Part shown: positions 35,232 to 45,752 of the stretch, piece after piece | Layout: each line of letters begins with the position of its first letter | How positions within the stretch are numbered: position 1 is the first letter of the stretch | Source of the DNA: Takakia lepidozioides | Lineage: Eukaryota; Plantae; Bryophyta | DNA: 64,000 bases | Direction: 5' to 3' | Assembly (NCBI GenBank): GCA_030704615.1 | Contig: CM060734.1 | Span: 57,350,001-57,414,000, forward strand | The notes under the pieces: generated by a model | Told to the model about the DNA's origin: nothing | Seen by the model: only the letters and a program-made list of their open reading frames with translations | The model's database searches: none | Position numbers and translations under genes: made by a program

Positions 35232-37502
35232 TCACCTTATCACGACCTTTGACAAACACAAAAATGGGGTGGTTGGTGTCAAGAGGGCGAGGTCGGATTC
35301 GGCTGCCACCAGAACAACAGGATTGGATGCAAGCATACGTTTTCTTGACAGAGGAGCTTCCTCCTCTTCTTGGCCTACCACTTCGGGCATCAGCTCCTGC
35401 TCCTTCAAAGGATTCTCCTTATGTGTGATAAGTGCATGTGCCTCATCCCAAACTTGTCTCTCTGATAATAATGCTTTGCTTGGACATTCAGCAATTGATT
35501 CATACCTGCTCTCGGACTGGGGCCAGACATACACACATCAGAAAGGAAGACAAATGATATGCCACCAACTGTAACCCTTGGCCATAATACATTAAGGGCG
35601 TACTCCCTGCAGGATGCCTTTCTGGAGCTATTGTAAGGCTTTGAACCGCAATATATAAAACCAGGTCAAGAGTGCTGAATTGCTTACAACAATCCCAAAA
35701 AAAGGAACGCATGAGTAAGAGAGAGAGAGAGAGTAGACCCTGGCTGAAACAGACAAGCCAGAAAGAGCAGAGAAGACTGCATACCTCTCTATGGGACAAC
35801 TGCTGATCCATGCTTGGGTCAACTGGGAGAGATGAACTCTCTGCACACATGGAGGCCATCATTTGCTGGCGACTGAGGGTTTTTCCCTGTAACAACATAC
35901 CTTCTTGGAAGCTCAAAGTTTCAGCATGCATCTTATCTCCCACTGTCCTCTCAAGATGAGACTCTACCACCGTCTCCAATATCTTCCCATTTAGGCTCTC
36001 TGTGTGCTCAATATATTTGTAAACTTATCTAGTTTCAAAGCCTCTGAGAGTGCTGCCCCATTTTCTGGTTGCAGTCCCCTTATTTGCTCTGGATCTATGC
36101 TTAAGGTCTGCACATGAGCCTCAACCTCCTTTCCCAGAGCTGATGAATGGTCAAAGTGTATTGATGCAGCCATCGCCTCTTCTTTGTGGAGCATGGATAC
36201 CATATCATGTATATCTGATGAATTCTCCATTGATTTTTCTTCGTTTTCTGCAGATGTAACTTCCTCCATTCCTGTAGCTTTCACTTTTAGGAATGCCTCC
36301 TGCACTCTTACACACTAACCATTCATAACTTCTCCATGTTGGCCCCAGGTCTGCAATACATCCTCTTCGTTGTCTTGCTGCCAGGAAACCTTTGCTTTCT
36401 CAAAAATATCAGTCATAGTCCCCATGACTGTAGGGTTGGAGTTTGCTACTGTTCCTTCTCTTGGACTGTTGAGTGAACTTTCCTTCATCAAAGGGGCAAT
36501 TTGATATGTCGATGCTACCGGGGTGCTGGGTAAAAGCTCAGACTGTATTGTGTGTATCTCAAGCTGAGGTGCCTTTGTGTCCATTTCACTCGGTGATAGT
36601 GCAGGTGTAACTCCATCTGCTCCTGCTGAGACAATCTCAGACTCTTTGAGGTTCAATAGCAAGCCCTCTCTCTTAGATGCATTTCCCTTCTGTGATTTGG
36701 ATTGTGAAGGATGTGGCTCTTCGGCAGTTGCAATATAAGCAATGTCGTCCTCCATCTTATCAAGCAGACATTGTGAATTCCCTGCCTGTTGGAATATTGC
36801 TCGCTCCAATATGGGGAAAAGATCATGCTCTCCCTCAGCAGGTCCATCTTCCACGAACATTGTGCACTCAACCCTCATAGCATCACCTTGATGCTCTTCA
36901 GTTTTGAAATAGAGGGATCTATCATCCATCCTCTCCACTATAGACTGTGTCTCCGAATCTAGGACCTCTGCACAAGCAGTCAGTTGGGGTCTGCCTCCTC
37001 TCTCTACCACATTTTCCTCTGTCAAACATTTGTCCCCTTCAACCTCAAGCTTCTCTTGTTCAGATACTTCTTCCATACTTACCAACTCAATAACTAATTC
37101 AGACGTCATTCCCTGCTCATTAACAGCAGCCTCCTCTACTTTGTGAATGCCGTCTTGTTCCTTGACAGTATCTCCCTCTGGCTCCCTCAAAACAGAGTAC
37201 ATTTGTCTAGCAAAGTGAGCATGCTAATTACCATCTAATATCTCTTTCTTGGAAATCCCTTCCAGCTCCATGGCTGCAGACTCCCCTTCCTCAGAAATTT
37301 TGGCCTTCTTAAGAACACCCACCTCAGTACTTTTGGTGTTCTCTGTAAGATCTATCTGGTCCACCTTAGAAACACATGGGTTGCTCTTCACAGTTGCCTC
37401 CTCCTCCATACACTTTAAGCCACCGTCCGCAATCCCTCCCACTTCACTTGTGAGAGGGCAAAACAGGCTGAAATAGGTCAAAGAAGAAGGTGCCCTCACC
37501 AC
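35232..37502 (-). pseudogene. Glu-rich low-complexity protein of unknown function, disrupted (copy A)
   Basis: Consecutive acidic ORFs 37502-37224, 37202-36315, 36305-35991 and 35979 onward, separated by single stops or frameshifts. Splice-like sites downstream. Confidence 0.6.
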
Positions 37503-38214
37503 ATTGTCCTTGAGCTTGTGTCATGACTTGACCGACCATCAACCCAAAAGGACCTCTTGTGTGTGCTGCTTGTGTCTGTAGTCAGGTAATGTCGGATTGG
37601 TCTGTGAGATCGAACCACCACGGTGCAGCTGAGTAGGCAGAGATTGAAACACGGCCTGCTAAGACCAAGCTAACTCTCCCAAGAACGGCGAGCTCGCAAG
37701 AATGTTGCGAGCTTCTCCTCGTCTCATCTCCTCCTCTTCTCCTCCTTCCTGCATCATTTGCTCAACGCGTTGTAGTGAATTGTTCAATTAATATCAGCAC
37801 ATTTCACTACGTGGTGCTAGAAATAGTGAAAAGTGGCAAATAGTGAAATTCATAGTAAATTACCGACGGTGCTGAAAACCGTAGTGTGTTGTAGTGCCTC
37901 GTTGTGTCTATCATTGCCCCTTCCTGCATGCTCAAGAATAGGTTTGCAAAGCCTCTATCCCACGTCCCTGCATATCCTGCGATCGTTGCGTTCCATGCTC
38001 TAGGCTTGTGGATACTAAGAAAACATATGGTGTGGCGGGAGACAAAAAAAACCCAAAAGGAGGCCAAGTCCTAGCCCTCTGTTGACGGCTGGCACATTAA
38101 TGGGCAACCCTATAAGCAACTTTTTGAAAAATTTTAACCTTCTGCTCTTTGATCATTGATGAATGATCTTATCCAATGGATGAATACATTCGTGTATGTG
38201 CCTTCAAAATGACA

Positions 38215-38524
38215 CGTGTAGTGATGCAGTCGTATAATTAGAGCTCTGAAACCATATTCAGTCATGAAGTCATATGATTCTAGGAAAATTCATCCACGTG
38301 TAGTCCTCCATATGACGCGAGTCATATAAACCATCCCTGTCATCATGGTCAACAATGTTTGACCAATGCTCCCTACCTTTCCGGAGTCATGTAGTGATAT
38401 CCATTACTACAGAGTGATAAAACTATGACTGCAACGCATTTCAGCGTTCTGTAGTCGTGTACCTAATGCCGTTTTTATGACTCCGCAAAAGCCGTAGTCC
38501 TAAAAACACTCATCTCTTGTAGTG
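38215..38524. mobile_element. CACTA right-terminus remnant; copy B ends at ~59254
   Basis: Repeated GTAGTC/GTCAT/ATGAC subterminal motifs ending in CTCTTGTAGTG. Confidence 0.5.
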
Positions 38525-38529
38525 ATTCA

Positions 38530-38917
38530 TTTCAGTGCTGATTTCAAATAATCCCAAGAATGACTCAAAATCCTCCCATAAGTTGTACTCAGGGTATTGT
38601 TGCCTATGCATTCACTCCCCATGATCAGTTTTCCGCGGAGTGGTATCCAGAACTTCAGTTTGTTTCAGCAACATCTTCATAAGCGGGGGGCAATTTGAAA
38701 TCACCCCCATGGCTTCACACAGCTCGTCCAAATCAAATGTGGGTTGAGGCACAGTCGCCGGATCCTTGTGATCTCCGGACGACTTTCCTCTTTCCGTATT
38801 ATTTCTTTCATTAGTTGTTGTCTCTTCCCTCTCCTCCACTGCACGTTTTTCCAACTCACTTAGTCCCATTGTCTCTTCTGCTTCTCTCTCTAGCATAGAT
38901 CTTGTAAATACAGGCAT
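38530..38917 (-). mobile_element. Possible gag-like N-terminal remnant of an LTR retroelement
   Basis: Starts MPVFTRS with a charged N-terminus, lies near an LTR-like unit, and is cut off at the CACTA end. Confidence 0.3.
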
Positions 38918-39957
38918 GAGAAGATGAGTACACGGCTACCTGTCCGAAGGGGCACTGAGCTTCGATTCCCACCCAGACACACAGTGAGATGTGTTGAAGC
39001 GATGCTTGTGCAGCAGGGACACTCCTTCCCCCAAGAAAGCCCACAGTTCCTCTTCATCCTTGAGCCAAAAAGTCACATGCACGATGTTGCGTACCACATT
39101 TTCCTTCACCAACAGCGTATGGACAGAGATATGCCTTGGTTGCTTCGGCCTTGTAGAGACCTATTGTTTCACGCCGAAAACACACCTCCGGAAAGATCAA
39201 CACATCACTGGGACAAAAAATGAATTCAGAGTCGGGAATACCAGTGATGAGCTCTTCCCAAGTGGGATCTCGGGTAGGGGCTGGCGGAACTCGAGGCCAA
39301 GTTAAATTAGCAAGCAGAATTGATGTACTTCATTTAACCAGTTCCCACAATAGTAGAGGGCTCGGCTTGTCAGGAGGCAAGAAGTTCTCAAGCTCTCCAC
39401 CCAATTCTCGACTCACAGAGAATTGTGGTATGCCCAAGACAGCCCAACTAAGTTTCTCACCACTCTCCAACTGCTCCTTGGCACTAGCAAGGGGAATCTG
39501 TCTGGAATGAAGCTTGAGGAGAAGGCGCGCAGCGTAGGCTCCTTGAAGAGACTCGCGAATGCGCCGGCTCTGCTCCCTCTGCTCCGCTTTAGTGTATATG
39601 GGCTTGCAAGCTTCTTTGCGTGCAGTTTCCTCAAAGGTCTTGGCCCATAACTCTGAGGGCGTGTCCAGCGGAAGCTCAGGCCGTGGAATAGGTTCTCCCT
39701 CCGGATAATCGACAAACACCAGCTGCTCAGGCAACAGGTTGCATGCAAGCTTACAAATGTAGCGAGATTCCAACGCCTGGGTCTGTCTCAAGCGCGGGAC
39801 CTCAAATTGATCAAGCTAAAACCAACCACACTCAGAACTGGAAGCCATAGTGCTCACTTGCGAAACTCTCAAAACACAGAAGCAGACAAACTCTCTATCT
39901 TTCTCTCTGTGCATGACATACAAGCCGCCATTTTGCCACTACCTCTCTCCTCAATCA

Positions 39958-40627
39958 TGTAGGATCCCCCATACACAATCTACTGCTCTCAGGTATTTCG
40001 TACGAGCCAAATTCTCTGTTAACGATTTTTAGTTACCCCGCATCTCCACCATGATTCCGGCGCTGTGGGTTTGTTCCCCTTCCTCTACCGGACTTAATCC
40101 TATATGGGGAATGTAGTCAATAGATGGGCCTAGCAGAGAAGACGGAATCTCACGAAGAGGACGCAACAGAGTCGGACTTCCAAAACACATTCATCCTCAC
40201 ACTCAAGCACACCGTTACACCAAGCGTACACTCGCGTAAGACCCAAAAGCCACCACCCCCGCTGCCACAGCAGTCGAGCTTAAATAGTATTAGGTCGTAA
40301 TCTAGTCTTAGTGTCGCGTGGCACTTACATATAGGCCAGCCAGATGCCCTTCCAGCATAGCCATAGAAAGAAGCCAGATCACCCAGATCCATCCTAATCT
40401 AATCCTAAACTAGCTGTTAGAATAAGACAACACCTAATAAAGTCATCAGCTGTTGCCACCTCATCCTCATGCGCAAGGTGTAAGTTTATCCAGACTTCAT
40501 CCCGGCTCCGTCCATCCCTAAATCATCCGGGGCGCATCCCTCCTCCATTCATCCAAGTCGAAAAGGAAGATGAGAAGGAATCCTAGCTCCACAACCCACA
40601 TGCAAATCGTCTATCAAGAGTCCTACA
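39958..40627. mobile_element. LTR-like unit (copy B at 60628-61293)
   Basis: Bounded by inverted TGTAGGA ... TCCTACA. No TSD and no clear PBS. Confidence 0.45.
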
Positions 40628-40782
40628 TTATAGTGCAGGATTGGAGACGATTATGTACAACCAAAAGTTTGAGACTCTCTTGTACAACTTACTTGTGAGA
40701 GGGCATGCCAGTTATGGCACATAGGCAAAATGAACTAATGAACGTACATCCTATTTGATGTACATTTGGAGAATTCTTCATA

Positions 40783-41312
40783 CCGTACTTACCTAGCTTA
40801 TTAGGCTATAATTCAAAATCAGGTGCCTAACTAAATTTAGAACTTTTTTGGAAAATGTGCCTAAAACTTAGAAAAACCTCCGGAGAACTGCCCAATTGCT
40901 CAAAAATTGTGGAAAATACCAAAATGACCAAATACGTGGGAAAAATGCCTAAATTATATTATTTAAAGTCCAAATAAATGGCAAAAATGCCTACAATTTA
41001 AATTTTCATGTCCAGGTTTAGGGTTTAGGTAGTACCAAGCGTGTAGGTGTGTACAGCCTTCACTGCAGCCATTCTTTTATCACATATCAAACATTATGTG
41101 TTTTTTAAATAAAATAACCTCAACAATAGTTTTTGAGGGAGGTAAAAAACTATTGTTCATTATTATCCAGCCTGGTCGACTGAAATACATGCCTAATATT
41201 TGAAAATTACCTAGTGGAGGTGCCTAAATAATAAAAACGAATATGCCTAATAATATTCTATTTTTTATTAATTATTAGGCACGGAAGTGCCTAATAAACT
41301 AGGTAAGTACGG
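40783..41312. mobile_element. Tc1/mariner-type MITE (TA TSD)
   Basis: TA|CCGTACTTACCTAGCTTATTAGGC ... GCCTAATAAACTAGGTAAGTACGG|TA: 24-bp TIR with 1 mismatch, plus internal TGCCTAA repeats. Confidence 0.9.
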
Positions 41313-42176
41313 TATTCTTGGCATGAGGTGCAGATTGCCTGTTCCTGGCAAGTGGGACACTATAGTTCCTGGCTGTTGAATGTTCCATGTGGTGCAATTG
41401 GGACACTAATACACTATAGTCCTGTACCTTATTTTGGCAGCATTGATGGGCAACTTTGGCAAGGTTATGATGCTTCACGGACCCAACTTTTTGCATCCCA
41501 AGAGCTCGCAAAAAACGTGCACAATACAAATCCCTGTCAGAATATGCTAATGCTCACTTGAGCTGTGCAGGAACACTAGTGTACACGGTATAATCCGCTC
41601 ACTTCCAGGATCCTTCCTGCTAACGTCACACTCATGTTTCATGTGAGGGTATGCCTGCAGCTTATATTAGTGATGGGCTGCGGAGGAATACCTTTTTTAT
41701 AATTATGCCGACAGAGCAGTTCCAGGATCCTTCATGAATGCTAGAAATATGTTTGCCTGTTGATCCGGAGCTCAAAATCCTTGTTCAGCTGCACTACAGT
41801 CACTACCTACACGGTGGGTTCCATGTCAACTCGAATATAATGATAAGCTGTGCAGGAACACTATTTTATAATACTCTCACTTCCGAGATCCTTCCTGCAA
41901 GCTTACAAGTTACGCATACGTTTGCCGGTTGATCTGGAGCTGAAATCCTTGATAAATCCTATATTGTGCCTTGAAGTTCTCAAATAAAAATCAGCCGTCG
42001 GGACCATTTCTAGCGTCATCATTGTCTTTGTATCACACAATTTGTCGGTAAAAGATATACTTTTTTGGTTCGAGGCCGTTACAGTGTTTGCGGTAGTGCG
42101 CTACAGAACGCGTAAACAGAATCACCGTGTGTCCTCGCAATGGAGGCCAACGCGTTCCTGTTTCTTCGTGATTGCA

Positions 42177-42184
42177 TATATAAG
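42177..42184 (+). promoter_or_regulatory. Putative TATA box of the HMA gene
   Basis: TATATAAG followed by a pyrimidine-rich tract, 260 nt upstream of the ATG. Confidence 0.5.
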
Positions 42185-42436
42185 AAAGCTTTCTCCCCTT
42201 CCTCCTTCAGCTTTCAACATCTAGGCTCATCCCAAATTCTTCCACATCGCTGCATTTGTAGCTGCACACACTTGTGCACTCGAAGTTGATCTACAAGGCA
42301 TTCCAATTGTCATCAAGCGATCTCAGTTTCCTTCTCTAAAAGTTTCGAGATCCTTTTCCTTCCAATCGTGGGGGCCACTTAATCAAGACAATTCTTGTGC
42401 TTGTGAGTGTGGGGGAGTAATCTACGTACTGACGGT

Positions 42437-43036
42437 ATGGCTTTTCTGCGGAACATTGATGAGTTTTTCTACGGGCGCCGAAGCGAACCCGGCTGGATCG
42501 TCAATAGCTCCAGGGATGTACCCTACTACTACGAGATTCGTGAAGCCAACCCTCACACCCACCATGTCTCCCCCTACATTACCGATGCGCTGCATAACAG
42601 TCACTCTCGCCACATACTTCCGGTAGTGGAGTTGAAGGTGCCCATGTGCTGCGCCAAATGTGAAGAGAAGGTGAAGGAGGAGCTCCTGGAGCTGGAGGGG
42701 GTGTATGGAGTTGTGTGTGACCAATACACGCAGAAGGTGATTGTCTCTGGACATGTGGATCCTCTGCGTGCACTCAAGAAGGCCAAGCGAGTGAAGAAGA
42801 AATCTCAGTTGTGGCCAAGCCCTGCTTACCGCCAGTACGACGGGGAGTACAGTTCATCTGAGAGTCGGGGATACCTGCACCATGACCAGACAGAGTACAG
42901 ATCCTCGCACAGCCGATACACCCCTGCATTTGGCCAATCTTACGTGCATTCGTACGGCCAATCTTACAGACAAGCCCACAGTCAGTCCATCATCACCAAC
43001 CCCCATTATCTGAAGCACATTGAATCGGAGTATTGA
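42437..43036 (+). CDS. Heavy-metal-associated (HMA) domain protein, non-prenylated HPP type, copy A (199 aa)
   Basis: VVELKVPMCCAKCEEKVKEELLELEGVYGVVCDQYTQKVIVSGHVDP, Tyr/His/Ser-rich tail, no CaaX, single exon. Confidence 0.9.
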   Translation: MAFLRNIDEFFYGRRSEPGWIVNSSRDVPYYYEIREANPHTHHVSPYITDALHNSHSRHILPVVELKVPMCCAKCEEKVKEELLELEGVYGVVCDQYTQKVIVSGHVDPLRALKKAKRVKKKSQLWPSPAYRQYDGEYSSSESRGYLHHDQTEYRSSHSRYTPAFGQSYVHSYGQSYRQAHSQSIITNPHYLKHIESEY

Positions 43037-44399
43037 TTGTTGCGAATCTCCACCATAGCTACACCAACTGTATAGAGCTCGGTAGATTGATAGCGCGTTC
43101 TTTGCGGGTAACTTGGATGCTTCACATTGGGGGCCGCCTTGAAAGTAATGAAGATTTTGATAGAAATAGGAGAAAGCGAAGGCAATGTGTTGGGGTGACC
43201 CGTCATGTTGGCTCGTAATGTGAATGAAGCGAGGATTGGCTCTTTCCCGTGTCAGAACACTCTGCAAATTTTCTGGGTTTCAAAGGTTCAAATCTCTCAG
43301 TTCAGGCTTTATGTACAAACATTCTGCTTTGTAGAATGTTTGGACCATGAATACGGGGGTTGCATAAATGCCATTGAGCCTTGCTGGATCAACTCTGCTT
43401 CTCATTCGTCTCAACCCTTGTATTTTCAACAGGTACATCCAACATGTAAGATCCTGTTCATCACGGAGCTGCCCAAGTCCTCTGGCTCTCTGACTTTACC
43501 GACGATCGGGGGGCTAACCATTACAAACAAACATGCGAACAACAAACACGTTTCAAAAGTTCTCGAGATTACCGCTTCCAAGTTTGTTCAAATTCCATGA
43601 AATTTGGGCAGCGTGAAGAGCAACACTGGATCTTTTTCCACGTCGAGACATGCCTCTGGATCTTTTCCAAACAATACTACCATTGATACACAAGCACAGA
43701 ATGCTATGCCCATAATTACATGGCTTTTCTCGAAGAAGTTCAAAGGGCATTCTAAGGCAGAGCTGGAGATTATGTGGGCTCTACATTAGGGTAGAGCGAC
43801 ACACTTAGATGTGTAGTCATCATGCCCTGTGCATGATAAGAGTCAAGAAGTGACTAATTAGGTGACTCTGGCCACATTGCCTAGCCCAGGAAGTATTGGG
43901 CTGGGCCAACTGGGCCACTGCTGTGAAGACCACTTTGGTGGGTCTAATTCTCACATGTCACAAGACTTGGTGTGTATCAGCTTTCCTCACTGGGTATGCT
44001 CAAAGAAAACTTGATGCTTGGTAATCTTGTAAATCTCCATCATGATCTCTGTCACCACCTAATATTCACAAAGAAGGTAACCACGTTCATCTGCTAGGCA
44101 GAAATAATTGTACCTTACAAACTCCACAAAGTTCTAAAGTTCTCAAAGAAGGTAGTAACAGACATGCAAGGAATCTCACCCCTGCCCATAGCCAAGCCGG
44201 TAATAATACAGAGTGAAAGAAATAAACATTACAATGTCCAAGATAGGACCTGAGAAGCCATGCTATAAAGTGAGAGAAGTACTTACCCTTGGTGCTCCCC
44301 CAAATCTCTTTGGTTAAAGAGAAAGTGAAAGTGAGGACGAAAGAAAGGAATATTGTCTACAGAAAGCCCCAAGAGGGTAAACAACTGGCAGAGAGAGAG

Positions 44400-45720
44400 A
44401 ATGATTTATCAGGAAACACCCAAAAAACAGTAGACCATTAGCATGCCCAAAGTGCCGTCATTCCGGCACCATGGGGTTATCAGGAGGTCCCATCCTAGAG
44501 TGGTCCTCATATCAGACAGTTGTCTAAACCTAAAGCTAGTGGTAAACCCTCTGGCTGGTGAGCTGTAAGATGCCAATGCCGCACAGTGATTGAGTTGATG
44601 ATGACTACAGAACTGCAACTGGTCTCATGGGTCAATTAATCAAATGCATGTGCAGCAAACATTTCCAATACTTCCCTGGCCGGGCCCTATTGACCATGGC
44701 CAGAGTCATAGTTCCACAATAGCCCAGAGTACTTGAGAGAAAGTTTGTGATGGTCAATGGGGGCATTGGACACGGGCAGTTAGCCTGGTTTGACAGATGC
44801 CTGAGGAAGCCACTGATTGCCAAGAGAGAAATGTGTTTGCCACTGAATGCTGAGGCAGCGTCCCCTTCGACACTACCCTGGAACTTTGACGAGGTGATGG
44901 AGACAGTCCACAAGATAGAATGCGAATTTGGTGGAATATGGGCACATAGTTGTGTTCCCTGATTATCTCTTGTTGGAACTAACCGGATGGCATCTAAAGT
45001 AATGCATTTTTAGTCAATCATCCCGTGTAGCAGGGTCATAGATTTCTTAATTCTGGACTTTTGGTCTGGTCCAGTATTGTTCTGGTATTACATTTTTCAA
45101 GGACCAGGTCTGGTCAATATTTACCAGACATTTCATAGCTTTTACCCTGAATGTTGTCAACAATGTTTAGGTTTGCAAGGGGAAGATGAATATGTGGGAA
45201 AGTCACACAACAATCCCTTTCAACATTTGGGTTCTTGGTTTCAAGTAATTTGACGCCAGCTTCAGTGTGCGGGTGTCCTTCAGGCCACTCGTCATAGCCA
45301 TCCAAGACAACACTCGAAACCGGGGGTAGGGACAGAAAGAGTAGTAGTTGTGACTATCCAAAGAAGGCGAAATGCCTAGCAAATGGTTCAGTTCAGCACG
45401 TGGCAAGTTTGATTCCCTAGCATATGATAGACACAACCCCCCTGAAAGCCATTGAACTCACTCAATACCCTGCTAAATGCTATCTGGGACTCCTCCCCGG
45501 GGTAGCAACCGTCAAACATGTCCCCAAAATGAATGGCAAAACAAAGGCTGCCTTATGGTTCCAAGCATCCACAGACCTGTGGAGGGATTCAAGGCCATGT
45601 CAATAGTACTGAGGGACGCCCTGAAAGGAGCACCTGTTGTCAATATTACCATGGGGAAGACGTTTACTTGCAAGGCCTGTGCCATTTCCTGTCTCCCGAT
45701 CATTTTCCATCAGCACTGCA
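44400..45720 (-). pseudogene. Decayed remnant of an unidentified protein-coding gene
   Basis: Protein-like pieces across frames (NRCSFQGVPQY*HGLESLHRSV; VLDGYDEW; GDAASAFSGKHISLLAISGFL; CPCPMPPLTI; GPPDNP...RHFGHANGLLF...INHS). They recall a conserved plant protein of unknown function that I cannot name. Confidence 0.4.
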
Positions 45721-45752
45721 GTGAGTGACACAATATATCGTCAGAAACTCCG

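Larger units (their letters stand above)
34906..43333. repeat. Segmental duplication copy A (direct repeat of 55170-64000)
   Basis: Near-identical ORF set at offset 20264 on the left and 20667 on the right. The true right end is unknown because copy B runs off the window. Confidence 0.97.

Noticed and set aside
41015-41029. TTTAGGG repeats as an interstitial telomere
   Set aside because: Only about two units, located inside a MITE.
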